From NCBI RefSeq assembly GCF_038871235.1, contig NZ_JAVZIN010000005.1, forward strand, positions 45,735-109,734: a stretch of 64,000 nt of DNA, written 5' to 3'. The position numbers were made by a program, and so were the translations under genes. This DNA comes from Candidatus Hadarchaeum sp. Its GTDB lineage: Archaea > Hadarchaeota > Hadarchaeia > Hadarchaeales > Hadarchaeaceae. Below the pieces are notes generated by a model. It saw nothing but the letters and a program-made list of their open reading frames with translations. It was not told where the DNA came from and did not search any database. Below are positions 41,929 through 51,797 of this stretch, piece after piece; positions within the stretch are counted from its first letter, which is position 1, and every line of letters starts with the position of its first letter.

Positions 41929-43140
41929 CTACCTTCTGCCCAAGCGCCAGAATATGAAGACCAACCCCAACACGACAACTATGATTATGACCAACCCAAC
42001 TAGGCCCCACACCATCGAACCCAAAACAGTGACTCTGAGCTCAAGCGTTTTAGAAACAGAGTTGGTGCCGCTGGTTGACGCGGTAATTCTGAGGCCGTAG
42101 TCCCCCGGTATCGCGTCGGCGGGCGGTTTTATGCTCACCGCCACCTGGACAGTGGTACCGGGCAGTACGGCATCAATCTTGTCAGGGTCGAACTTAATCT
42201 CCCACCCGCTGGGACCGCTGGACCTAAAGCTCATCTTTTCCAAAGTCCCGGAGCCTGTGTTGCTAACAACAAGGGTGACTATGGTAGCCTCTCCTTGCGG
42301 AGCATTCAAATTCAGGAGGCCATCAGATGTGGATAGATCCATGGTGTAGGTTCCAGTGATTATCGCCTTTAGATCCAAGGACTGGCTGTAGGCGCCAGAT
42401 GTTGCCAGAACTGTAATCGAATACTCCCCAGCATCGGCTGTTGAAGCCGGGGTAACTGTTATTCTCAATGTCTTTCTTTCCCCAGCTTTCATGTGAATCG
42501 CGCGTATCAGCGTCGATTCATAACCTGGAGAAAAGGTAACGGTCCAGTTGGTCGGAGCAAGATAGGAGAGGTCGATGTCACGCTCCTCCCCTGTTTCATT
42601 CACCAGATCAACCGAGAACTGGAAGCTCTTTCCCGCCGGCCCCTCGATGGACGGGCTGGTGGTGCTCAGGGTCAACCCCAGTGGCGAAACCTCGGCTACA
42701 TCGATGATGATGTTCAAGGAATCTACCACATTACCCGAACCATCCAACGCCTTGACCACCACGGTGTAGGTGCCGAGGTTCACGCCAGTTGGCTGGGTTA
42801 TCGTGAGGGAGATGGGCTGATTGTCAAAAGGTCCTAATGTAACCATTTTGACCAAGTAACCACCGCTCTTCAAGGTCGCCTGCCAGCCCTCCGGAGCCGA
42901 GACCTCCAAGCTGAGCGTCTGGTATTCCGAGCTGAGGTTACTTAGGTTCACTGAGAGCTGGATATTCTGCCCAGGGTTAACCTCAATTCGCGGAAAAGAA
43001 GTAGTGATCCTCACTTCCTCGGGGGAGGCAGCAGCCAAATATACGTTTAAAAATAAGACCATCGCCAGCAACGAAACCGCCGCCAACGAAATCCGCTTCC
43101 ATGACCGCAAACAAATCACCTTTTTATTTAATAGTTTCAA
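41929..43140 (-). CDS. Secreted Ig-like (NEW3/NPCBM-associated) repeat protein with C-terminal anchor
   Basis: Signal peptide, three P.GW..F/G.Y beta-sandwich repeats, TM ending GRR. Confidence 0.85.
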   Translation of the reverse strand: MKLLNKKVICLRSWKRISLAAVSLLAMVLFLNVYLAAASPEEVRITTSFPRIEVNPGQNIQLSVNLSNLSSEYQTLSLEVSAPEGWQATLKSGGYLVKMVTLGPFDNQPISLTITQPTGVNLGTYTVVVKALDGSGNVVDSLNIIIDVAEVSPLGLTLSTTSPSIEGPAGKSFQFSVDLVNETGEERDIDLSYLAPTNWTVTFSPGYESTLIRAIHMKAGERKTLRITVTPASTADAGEYSITVLATSGAYSQSLDLKAIITGTYTMDLSTSDGLLNLNAPQGEATIVTLVVSNTGSGTLEKMSFRSSGPSGWEIKFDPDKIDAVLPGTTVQVAVSIKPPADAIPGDYGLRITASTSGTNSVSKTLELRVTVLGSMVWGLVGLVIIIVVVLGLVFIFWRLGRR

Positions 43141-43304
43141 GCCTCATATTTAAGTTTTTATCTTGCCCTTCCAGAATGTAGAGTTCAAGTAACTGTTTTA
43201 ACCGCCTAAAGGTCTGAAATTAAAATTCCACAACCTTCGCTTACTCAGCTGTGTTTTGACCCCATCAAACTCACCGTCTTTCCATTTATGGTTGAGCCTT
43301 GAGG

Positions 43305-43320
43305 TGACATAGCTATGTCA
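43305..43320. promoter_or_regulatory. Perfect 16-bp palindrome, candidate operator
   Basis: TGACATAGCTATGTCA, about 165 bp upstream of the NEW3-ABC operon. Confidence 0.4.
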
Positions 43321-43419
43321 TGCCAGAACTTAGATTTACCAGACTGTGAACTGATTTCGGTAAAATTGCCGCTTTGGTAGTCGGACTAAAATCTTGCTGA
43401 GTTTGAGTCGGGAAATGGA

Positions 43420-43839
43420 CTATTTTTTCGTGAATTTTTCCCAGCCATTCTTCGCAATTGAAATTCCGGCAACTATCATGGCTATGCCCACGACGGTTAA
43501 AACGATGCCGTAGATGGCCTTGCTCCAGTTCGTGGAGAGCTGCGTCCCGCTAGCGACCAGCAGGCAAATCCCGACCAAGAGCAAACCGAGGTTGACCCAA
43601 GTTTTCTGGCAAACCCTGCTGGCACCGGCAAAAACGAGAAGCCCACCCGCCGCGATTAATCCGACTCCGACTATCAGGGCCATCTCGGTCTGCACCGTAT
43701 TCATCCCTTGGTTGATCAGTATGGCACCGATGGCAACCAAAGACAGGCCGATCACTATGGTCACAAAGTTCTTCGAAGGCGCAGCTGCTGGAGGGGGTGG
43801 TGGAGGTAACTCGGCTTGTGACATGAACTCAAACCCCAA
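43420..43839 (-). CDS. 4-TM membrane protein with Pro-rich N-terminus
   Basis: PPPPPP followed by four hydrophobic helices. Confidence 0.7.
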   Translation of the reverse strand: MGFEFMSQAELPPPPPPAAAPSKNFVTIVIGLSLVAIGAILINQGMNTVQTEMALIVGVGLIAAGGLLVFAGASRVCQKTWVNLGLLLVGICLLVASGTQLSTNWSKAIYGIVLTVVGIAMIVAGISIAKNGWEKFTKK

Positions 43840-43934
43840 CTAAAATCACCGCTACCTTCTAAATACCTTTAGCCAGCTGGGACCCCAAAATCAGAAAGAA
43901 CGGCGAAGTTTTATAACGAAAAAATAACAGGCTA

Positions 43935-45734
43935 TTGGAAGCTGGTGGGAAGATAAACTCAAAGATGATTTTACCGCTCGTGATCGTGATTATCATTGCA
44001 GTTGGAAGTATTGGCTTCTTTTTGATATCCGGTGGTGTTCCAACATCGCCACCCCAAACCACCTCCGCGACGACGACACCCACTTTGACGAGAAATCCCC
44101 GGGCTAATGTCACGGGCTACGTTCGCGACGAAGCCGGCAACCCAATATCTGGGGCCACCGTTCACTTAGGCGGCATGGCAGGGCTGCTGACGACCACCGA
44201 CGCCACTGGCTATTATGAATTTGAGGTGGCTAGGGAGGAAAGGGACTTCGAAATCATAGTCGAGAAAGAGGGCTACAATACCGAAATCGATACTATTCAT
44301 GTAAGCATAAATTCCGTCCAGAAGGATTTCATCCTAACCAGAGCGGGAAGAGAGCCCGTCACCGTAAAGTTCACCCTGACCGTTCCCTACGACCAAGCCG
44401 AAAGCGAATTTTCCATAAAAGTTGATGGCGATGGTCCTTTCCCAATGCAGCGGGTGAATGAGGTGACTTGGGCCTACCTGAAAAACGCGACCTCAGGGGA
44501 TTCCCTTAGCTACAGCTACTTGAAAAATGGAAGTCCGACCGGGGTCGGTGGCTCAATTACTGTGGTTAAGAGCAAGAGAACCTACGAAAGCCGCAACATG
44601 CCCGATTGGCCCAACGCCGAGGAGATGAACTACCAAAAGGTCTTCGATTTCATCCCCTACATAAACAACGGGCTTGCCCCTGACTTGGAATTAGGTCAGG
44701 GTTTCTTTGACTTGTGGGGTATTAACTACAACAAGATCGGGTTTGAGAACACCTCGGACGCCGCAGGACCATCGATGGAAAGGATGAAGAAGAAGATGAG
44801 CGTGTCGTGGGTGTTGCTTACGGACTTCGTTGAGTACACGGCCTTAGATCCACTTCCCGAGATAAGATTCATGGGTACTGGACTCAGACCAGTCAACACG
44901 ATTACCCAAGAGGAGATGAACAGGTTCGTACAAAAGGCTCACTCGCTGGGCATGAAAGTAATCGTAAACATCGGCACAGTATGGACTGAAGATGTCGATG
45001 TCTCTCTGGCAAACCGGAGCAAGGTGCGCACTAGGGAATGGCTCGATGTGGCCTGGGAAAGGTGGACCGATTTGATGGTGGAGGAAGCAGAGAAATGTCA
45101 AGCGGCTGGAGTCGATGCACTTCAGGTCAGACCCAGAGGGGATATGTGGAACGAGGGGGATGACTTTGCTTACACCTCGGAAAAAATCCGTGAATTGGTT
45201 GACAAGGTGAGGCTGGTCTATAATGGAGAGGTAACCATTGGTCTGATCGATATACTAGATGTCAACGAACCCTCATCGCTGGAATTTCTGACCATGTGGG
45301 ACGCGGCTGATTTCATCTACGTCGATCTAACCGGGCTTCACATCACGGACTCTGACCGACCCACTATAGCTGAGATGCAGGTTGTCTTTGAGGAAGCCCT
45401 TACCAAGCGAATAGAACCAGCCGCAAAAGCCTACGGCAAGAAGGTGATGCTCCATGTCCAGTTTCAGAGCTATGTTGGGGCCATCAGAATGAAGTGGGTC
45501 GAGCCCAGTGATGTTCACCCCGATCTGATCCGTGACTGGCAGCAACAGGCCGATGCCTACGAAGCTCTGCTCAGGGCTCTGGAAGGAAAGAACTACATCA
45601 ACTGCCTGATGTCGGTGGGTTATTGGTGGGATGACGCCATGGACCCATTCAACGCCAATAATTCACCCAGCATTAGCCACAGCGTTCGCGGCAAGCTAGC
45701 CGAGGCCGTCCTCGGCAAGTGGTTCGTCAAATGA
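43935..45734 (+). CDS. Membrane-anchored surface protein: carboxypeptidase-regulatory-like domain + GH113-like TIM barrel
   Basis: TM, T-rich linker, G.V.D..G.PISGATV..TD..G.Y; AH..GMKV, VR..Y.G, WD..DFI.VD, QQADAYEA. Confidence 0.7.
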   Translation: MEAGGKINSKMILPLVIVIIIAVGSIGFFLISGGVPTSPPQTTSATTTPTLTRNPRANVTGYVRDEAGNPISGATVHLGGMAGLLTTTDATGYYEFEVAREERDFEIIVEKEGYNTEIDTIHVSINSVQKDFILTRAGREPVTVKFTLTVPYDQAESEFSIKVDGDGPFPMQRVNEVTWAYLKNATSGDSLSYSYLKNGSPTGVGGSITVVKSKRTYESRNMPDWPNAEEMNYQKVFDFIPYINNGLAPDLELGQGFFDLWGINYNKIGFENTSDAAGPSMERMKKKMSVSWVLLTDFVEYTALDPLPEIRFMGTGLRPVNTITQEEMNRFVQKAHSLGMKVIVNIGTVWTEDVDVSLANRSKVRTREWLDVAWERWTDLMVEEAEKCQAAGVDALQVRPRGDMWNEGDDFAYTSEKIRELVDKVRLVYNGEVTIGLIDILDVNEPSSLEFLTMWDAADFIYVDLTGLHITDSDRPTIAEMQVVFEEALTKRIEPAAKAYGKKVMLHVQFQSYVGAIRMKWVEPSDVHPDLIRDWQQQADAYEALLRALEGKNYINCLMSVGYWWDDAMDPFNANNSPSISHSVRGKLAEAVLGKWFVK

Positions 45735-45801
45735 AATTTTGAACTCGTTTCTAAAAGTGCAGAATCTTTTAAAATAAACCTTTTTTGTTCTCATCGACTA
45801 C

Positions 45802-46668
45802 TTGAATGTTGATACTACGGAAATTAAACCGGTCACTCTGGCGCTGGGAGCTGCCTTTTTCTGGGCACTGGGGCAGGTATTGGGCAAGCTGGTAATGAAG
45901 GAATTGGACCCAATAACCTTCAACGCGATTCGCTTTTCTTCAGTGACCTTGGCACTTTTGCCCGCCTTCCTGCTCATTAGACCAAAAACCGCCAGCATCT
46001 GGTCGATAGCAATCGCCATAAATGCCGGGCTGTTTGGCCTCGCGGTTGCCCTCCTGATATTGTTTTACTGCATGAAACGTGCCCCGGCGCACAAGGTTAT
46101 CACCATCGGCAACGCCTCTCCCGTCTGGACCGCCCTGCTCGCTATTTTTCTGATTGGTGAGGAGATCAACCCCCTGCTGCCGCTTTCCCTAGCTTTAGTC
46201 GTGGGCGGGTCTCTTCTCTTCATGCCAAGGGGGAAGGAGACTAACCAATGGCGCTTCGCGGTACCGTTATCTATGATCTCGGCTGTTCTCTGGGGACTAG
46301 ATCTCGTGCTGCGAAAAATGGCAATTAACTCCGGAATGGATGTCCTAGCTTTTATCTGGATTTCAGTGGTCGCGGCGGCGGTGCTCCTGAACACGGTTGC
46401 TGCTATTAAGCGATCTTGGAGAGAACAGAAACTTGGGAAAAATATCCTGGCGCTCACCTTGGCCTCAACCTTTTTCAGTCATTTGGCCACGTTTCTTTTC
46501 ATGTTTGCCCTGGAGATGGAGAAAGTCAGTTCCCTGTCTCCTTTTTCATCCGCCGTCATCCCTTTTGGTTTTCTCCTCAGCGTCTTCATCGTTGGAGAAA
46601 AACCGCACCTCAGAGCCGCCATCGGTATGGTAGTTGTCTTTTTTGGAGTAGTTCTGGCCGCGGTCTGA
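45802..46668 (+). CDS. DMT/EamA-family transporter
   Basis: About 10 TM helices, FLIGE and IVGE repeats. Confidence 0.85.
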   Translation: MNVDTTEIKPVTLALGAAFFWALGQVLGKLVMKELDPITFNAIRFSSVTLALLPAFLLIRPKTASIWSIAIAINAGLFGLAVALLILFYCMKRAPAHKVITIGNASPVWTALLAIFLIGEEINPLLPLSLALVVGGSLLFMPRGKETNQWRFAVPLSMISAVLWGLDLVLRKMAINSGMDVLAFIWISVVAAAVLLNTVAAIKRSWREQKLGKNILALTLASTFFSHLATFLFMFALEMEKVSSLSPFSSAVIPFGFLLSVFIVGEKPHLRAAIGMVVVFFGVVLAAV

Positions 46669-46720
46669 GCCGATAATCAGGCGCTTTAAGCTTTGCCGAG
46701 TAATGTAAACATGGATCGGG

Positions 46721-47470
46721 ATGCAAAGACGCCTAGTGAGTGAAAAGGAATACCACATCGGCGTCGGACCGGGGGAGGTGGCCCGTTATGTGCTTCTGCC
46801 CGGCGATCCGGCAAGGGCGGAGTTGATAGCGAAGAAGTTCGACGAGGCAAAGGAGATCGCCTACAACAGGGAGTTTCGCACCTTCACCGGCAAGGTCGAT
46901 GGAATGCCCATCAGCGTGACATCGACCGGAATCGGTGGCCCTTCGGCTGCCATCGCCGTTGAAGAGTTGGCCCGATGTGGAGCTGACACCTTCATCAGGG
47001 TAGGCACGGCGGGCGCTCTCGGTAAAAATGTAAAAATAGGGGATGTCGTCATCGCCCACGCCGCTGTCAGAGAAGAGGGAACCTCGCAACAATATGTACC
47101 TCTCAGTTATCCCGCAGTTGCCGACCTTGAGGTGACCAACGCCCTAATTAAATCGGCCAAGAATCTAGGAATAAGATATCATCTGGGCGTGGTGGTCTCC
47201 AAGGACGCCTTTTATGCGGAGGAGCCTGGCCGTGTCCCGCTGTCCAAACAGGCAGAGGAACTCTGGGGGCTCTGGCGACGGGCCCAGGTGCTGGCGACCG
47301 AGATGGAGTGCGCGACCATCTTCACCGTGGCCGGTGTAAACGGCTGGCGCAGCGGTGGAGTGCTGGCGATAATCGGCCCGGTAGGGAAGATCGTCCGCCC
47401 TCTTCCTGCCGTTGAAAATGCGATAAAAGTCGCCATTGGCGCCGTGAAAATCCTAGCAAAAGGTCGTTAA
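46721..47470 (+). CDS. udp: Uridine/nucleoside phosphorylase
   Basis: LPGDP.R, NREF, STGIGGPS, RVGT, EME. Confidence 0.88.
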   Translation: MQRRLVSEKEYHIGVGPGEVARYVLLPGDPARAELIAKKFDEAKEIAYNREFRTFTGKVDGMPISVTSTGIGGPSAAIAVEELARCGADTFIRVGTAGALGKNVKIGDVVIAHAAVREEGTSQQYVPLSYPAVADLEVTNALIKSAKNLGIRYHLGVVVSKDAFYAEEPGRVPLSKQAEELWGLWRRAQVLATEMECATIFTVAGVNGWRSGGVLAIIGPVGKIVRPLPAVENAIKVAIGAVKILAKGR

Positions 47471-47488
47471 AAATGGTCCACAAAAGCG

Positions 47489-49159
47489 CTAAATCCTCTT
47501 GACCTGTCTCTCAAAAATTCCCCTAACTCTTTGAATAGTATCGGCCTCTATTGGCGACTTATCAGGACGTAACCTGATTATCCGGGCAAATCGAAGTGCC
47601 ATGCCGCTGGGGTACTTGGGGCTGCGCTGAATCTCATTGTAGGCGATCTCGACCACCATCTTCGGCAGAACCCAGACTCTCCTCCCCTCTTGCCTGATCA
47701 CGAGCTTCTGCAGTTCTCGGGTCATTTCCTTGATCTCCTCATCGGTTAGCCCTTTGAAGGTCTTCCCGATTATCTCAAACTTTCCCGTGTTTTCATCCCG
47801 CGCGGCCAAGTAGTAGTCCGAGAGCCACCGGTGTCTTCGACCGTAACCAAACTCGGCTCCTACGATCACGAGGTCAAGCGGTTCGAGAATCGGTTTTATC
47901 TTGAGCCAGAGTTTTCCCCTGACACCGGGAACGTAGGCGCTGCCTGGTTTCTTCGCCATCAAACCCTCATGTCCTGCTCTTAACGCTCGCTCCAAGAAAT
48001 CTTTACCGAGGTCGGCTCTGGAAGTCGTCAGCTGCTCGGTCAGTTCGATGTCCCCAACTATGGTTTTCAGTCTCTCCCGTCGCTCCTCGTAGGAACAATC
48101 CACAAGACTTCGGCCGTCGAGGTAGAGTAGGTCAAAAAGCTGGAGCCTGACCGGAATCTCCTTGGCCACTCGCTCTACCTCCCGCTCCCGCCTGAAGCGC
48201 TGCAGCAATGATTGAAAAGGCAACGGCTGGCCATCCTTACCTACCGCGATTACTTCCCCTTCCACAATCGCCTCATCGGCACGAAGCTCTTGAAGTACTA
48301 GATTTTTTATCTCCGGAAGACTCTCGGTTACATCACTTAAACGACGGCTGAATATCCTGATTTCCCCTCTTCTTTTGTGTATCTGCACTCGCGCGCCATC
48401 GAGCTTGTATTCAAAGTTCGTCGTGCCTCCGTGAGCTTCAATGGCCTCCTCAATTTCATTGCAGACTTGGGCCAGCATGGGGCTTATGGGCCGCATGGGT
48501 GAGGGACTTATGCTCTTAATTCCCGCCTCACCCGACTTAGCCGCAACCCCGGCGACAACGGCTATATCTCCTGCAAACATAACAGCCCTTCTCACCGCTT
48601 TAAAGGGAACACCGAAGGCTCGGGCCACCGCCAGTTCCATAAGCCCTTCCTGAAAACCGGTCCTCATTTCACCAGTGACGATCTTGACGAGATACTTGGC
48701 CTCAAGCGGTTCACAGCGGTTCAGCAACCCCTCGATCAACCTCTCCCTTCTCCTTCTGGCGCCCGGGCCACTCAGTCTAGCCACCTTTCTCAAAATCTCA
48801 TGAACTTCCAACAGCAGGAGTGGTCTGATTAAAAAAAGTTGCTGGTGCTTGGTCCTTGCGGTATGAAAAAGGATGGCCGTGGCGGCACCGACATCTCCTG
48901 TCCTGTCAAAGGCTGCGGCCAGCTCTCTTTGGCTGGCTCCAGTAATCCGAAGTACGACCTCGGCCAGGGTCGCCCAGCTAACGTCCAACCGCCACCGGCT
49001 CGTTTTCGGAAAAGGCCGACCGAGCAGCATGCATGAAGCAGGCTCGACTTCTTCAGGCTCCAAGCATGCCAAAAAATCAGCCACCATTCTGACCATCTCA
49101 CTGCGTTTTGTGGTGGAGGCAAGACTCTCACAAACCTCGGCCAGCTCCCGGAACAGCAT
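47489..49159 (-). CDS. lig: ATP-dependent DNA ligase
   Basis: EYKLDGAR, EGE, FDLL, EGLMAK, WLKIK, LRF.RI..R.DK; start trimmed. Confidence 0.95.
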   Translation of the reverse strand: MLFRELAEVCESLASTTKRSEMVRMVADFLACLEPEEVEPASCMLLGRPFPKTSRWRLDVSWATLAEVVLRITGASQRELAAAFDRTGDVGAATAILFHTARTKHQQLFLIRPLLLLEVHEILRKVARLSGPGARRRRERLIEGLLNRCEPLEAKYLVKIVTGEMRTGFQEGLMELAVARAFGVPFKAVRRAVMFAGDIAVVAGVAAKSGEAGIKSISPSPMRPISPMLAQVCNEIEEAIEAHGGTTNFEYKLDGARVQIHKRRGEIRIFSRRLSDVTESLPEIKNLVLQELRADEAIVEGEVIAVGKDGQPLPFQSLLQRFRREREVERVAKEIPVRLQLFDLLYLDGRSLVDCSYEERRERLKTIVGDIELTEQLTTSRADLGKDFLERALRAGHEGLMAKKPGSAYVPGVRGKLWLKIKPILEPLDLVIVGAEFGYGRRHRWLSDYYLAARDENTGKFEIIGKTFKGLTDEEIKEMTRELQKLVIRQEGRRVWVLPKMVVEIAYNEIQRSPKYPSGMALRFARIIRLRPDKSPIEADTIQRVRGIFERQVKRI

Positions 49160-49310
49160 CAACCTAAACTTTATTGTCTGTGTAAAAAGGCGTTTCAAAC
49201 AGATTCAACCGATCGAGAACGTGCACCAACTAAAACACTGGGTTATTCTAAAACTGTGAATAAAAAAAAGATCTTTAGATCCCCTTTAATTACTGTATTT
49301 TGGGATAGGG

Positions 49311-50084
49311 TTGAATTTAGAACTTAGAATCGACTTGGCTAAAGGTTACAAAAGTCCTTCCCAACAGGCTAAAGTATTAACCGAAACTTGGGCAAGTGAA
49401 AACCTGTATTGTCTCGCTTGCTCCACGGATAACTTGCAACCCACATCTTCAGGAAAAAAGGTAATCGATTTTGTCTGCCCTGAATGTGAAGAATCTTACC
49501 AACTGAAAAGCCAGAGCCACCCGTTTGGTTACCGGGTAACGAACTCCGCATACGAACCAAAAATTAAAGCAATTTACGCTGGAACAATTCCAAACTTTCT
49601 TTTTTTACATTACAACCCAAAAGCCATGGTTGTTTCTAATCTCTTTGCCGTGCCAAAGCATTTCATCTCCGAATCGATTATCGAGAAAAGAAAACCCCTC
49701 AGCGAAAAGGCGAGAAGACACGGCTGGATCGGCTCAAACATTCTGCTTGGTAACCTACCGTTAGACGCTAGGATTCCAATAATAGAAAATGGGATTGAAA
49801 TGCCTCAAAAAATTGTTAGGGAAAATTGGAAAAGATTCACCTTTTTAAGGGAGCAGTCGGTTCACTCCCGTGGATGGCTCTCTGATGTGCTTGCCAGCAT
49901 AAGACAACTTGACCGAGAAATCTTTACTCTGGCCGACATTTATGAATTCGAGGAAAAGCTAGCAAAACTTCATCCAGCTAACAAAAACATTCGACCCAAA
50001 ATTCGCCAACAATTACAGGTATTGAGGGACCATGGCATAATCGAGTTCCTAGGAAAAGGAAAGTATCGAATCAAAAAATCTTAA
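49311..50084 (+). CDS. DpnI/Dam-replacing-family restriction endonuclease
   Basis: YKS.SQ.A.VLTE.W, YC..C, DF.C..C...YQLKS, ARR.GW.G, C-terminal wH with KIRQQLQ.LRD. Confidence 0.9.
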   Translation: MNLELRIDLAKGYKSPSQQAKVLTETWASENLYCLACSTDNLQPTSSGKKVIDFVCPECEESYQLKSQSHPFGYRVTNSAYEPKIKAIYAGTIPNFLFLHYNPKAMVVSNLFAVPKHFISESIIEKRKPLSEKARRHGWIGSNILLGNLPLDARIPIIENGIEMPQKIVRENWKRFTFLREQSVHSRGWLSDVLASIRQLDREIFTLADIYEFEEKLAKLHPANKNIRPKIRQQLQVLRDHGIIEFLGKGKYRIKKS

Positions 50085-50116
50085 ACTTCTTTTTTAATAG
50101 ATCTCAGTGTGCAAGA

Positions 50117-50416
50117 ATGTTAACCTGTCCTGAATGTGGCTACTCCGCTCTACGAAAATCTGATGGACATCTGTGGACGTGTGAAGAGTGTGGAACATTG
50201 TTTAATTTTGATAAAATGAGAAATTGTCTGAATGCTCTTGTGGGACAAATCTTTCAAGAAGATTTCATCGAGGAACTTTTGGACACTTGTAAAATAAAAC
50301 CTTTTCAGAAGCTAGGCGTAAGGGCTTGGAAATGGAACGGAAAATACGGCACTTTACAAACAATTGACACAGGAAATGGTTGGCACCTTTTTATAAAAGT
50401 AAACCGAAGTTATTAA
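50117..50416 (+). CDS. Zn-ribbon hypothetical protein
   Basis: CPECG..W.CEECG N-terminus; AT-rich like the upstream nuclease gene. Confidence 0.6.
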   Translation: MLTCPECGYSALRKSDGHLWTCEECGTLFNFDKMRNCLNALVGQIFQEDFIEELLDTCKIKPFQKLGVRAWKWNGKYGTLQTIDTGNGWHLFIKVNRSY

Positions 50417-50466
50417 AACTAATCTAAAACGCAAATAACGCCCCAGCTACGATTCCAAAACGGATT

Positions 50467-50646
50467 TCACTCTTCATCCATGTCGTCCTCCGCCTGCCAA
50501 GCTTCCTCGCAGTCGGGACAGACGCCCAGCGCCGCCATCGATGGCTCCTCCTCCGCACAGCGCTCACAGTAGGCCCGTCCGCATTGGCTACAGTAACTCA
50601 TCCGCTCCTCGGAAACGGCTCGGCCGCAAACGGAGCATTTCGGCAT
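50467..50646 (-). CDS. 59-aa double-zinc-finger microprotein with acidic tail
   Basis: Not in track. MPKCSVCGRAVSEERMSYCSQCGRAYCERCAEEEPSMAALGVCPDCEEAWQAEDDMDEE. Confidence 0.8.
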   Translation of the reverse strand: MPKCSVCGRAVSEERMSYCSQCGRAYCERCAEEEPSMAALGVCPDCEEAWQAEDDMDEE

Positions 50647-50730
50647 GCTACCGATAATAAATATCGCCTCCTTTTAAAGAAAACCCACGGCTAAAAAAGG
50701 GAACGGCCACCAATATAACTCGGTGATCCT

Positions 50731-51372
50731 ATGGGGAAGCCGATCTCGATTAGCGTCACCGATCTTCAATCAGTTCTTGACTGTCCCCTCTGCTTTTGGC
50801 TGGCCGAACGTGTCGGCCCGGCACCGTCAATCTTCGCGGCCATCACCAGTCAGATGGACTCGGTAATAAAGGGCTACATGAAACAGTTCATCGGGAAATC
50901 CAACCTCCCAGAGTGGTTCCCGATAAAAGGCAAATTTTTGGACGTCACCAAGACCTTGAAAGCCACCGATCCTGCCAGCGGCGTCACGCTGAGCGGAAAA
51001 CTGGACGCCTTGGTCCAGACACCGGACAGAAGATACCACATCATTGACTACAAGACTGGCAGGCCACAACCAGAGGTCCCCTACTACTACCAGATGCAAC
51101 TGGACGGCTACGCCTACCTGCTCGAGCATAACGGTTACAGGCCAGTGGCCGGAGGCTGCCTTCTCTATTTTACCCCGGAACCGGGTGATATCTCAGAGGG
51201 ATGTTTTCCTTTTAAGATAACCGCGGTTCCGACGAAAACGGATCCCGATCGAGTTCCGCCGGTGCTGGTCAAGGCGAAGAAGATCTTGGAATCAGAGACA
51301 CCGCCCCCGCGAAGTGAGGACTGCGAGATGTGCATCTGGCTGGAGCAGGTGGGGAGGATTCTGTCTGAGTGA
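50731..51372 (+). CDS. Stand-alone Cas4/RecB-like PD-(D/E)xK nuclease
   Basis: CP.CF, GKLD, IDYKTG, QL..YA, C..C. Confidence 0.85.
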   Translation: MGKPISISVTDLQSVLDCPLCFWLAERVGPAPSIFAAITSQMDSVIKGYMKQFIGKSNLPEWFPIKGKFLDVTKTLKATDPASGVTLSGKLDALVQTPDRRYHIIDYKTGRPQPEVPYYYQMQLDGYAYLLEHNGYRPVAGGCLLYFTPEPGDISEGCFPFKITAVPTKTDPDRVPPVLVKAKKILESETPPPRSEDCEMCIWLEQVGRILSE

Positions 51373-51373
51373 G

Positions 51374-51796
51374 ATGATGAAACTAAAGATAAAATCCTCG
51401 GACATTAGAAAAATTGATGCCCACGCGCTGGAGACCTATCCCCACGAGTGCGTCGGCCTGCTGATCGGAACCTCGGAAAAGGGAGTATTCGAGGTCCGGG
51501 AAGTGGTCAGGGCCCAGAACACGCTCAACTCACCGGTGGCCTTCGAGGCCGATCCCCAGTTTGTCTACAACGTCTACAAAGAAGCGGAAAACAGGGGCCT
51601 GCAGCTCATCGGCATTTATCACTCCCATCCCAACCTCCACGCCTACGTCAGCGCTAGGGATGCGGAATTCATGAAGTTCTGGGGACATCTGGTGTGGTTG
51701 ATTCTCGGGCTGAGTCAAGAAAAAATCATCGAGCGAAAGGCGTTCATGATGAGGGATGGGAAAATCCAAGACGTCGAGCTTGAACCAGTCGAGTAG
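51374..51796 (+). CDS. JAMM/MPN+ (M67) metalloprotease
   Basis: YP.ECVG, YHSHP....S..D; ATG 1 nt after the upstream stop. Confidence 0.92.
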   Translation: MMKLKIKSSDIRKIDAHALETYPHECVGLLIGTSEKGVFEVREVVRAQNTLNSPVAFEADPQFVYNVYKEAENRGLQLIGIYHSHPNLHAYVSARDAEFMKFWGHLVWLILGLSQEKIIERKAFMMRDGKIQDVELEPVE

Positions 51797-51797
51797 T

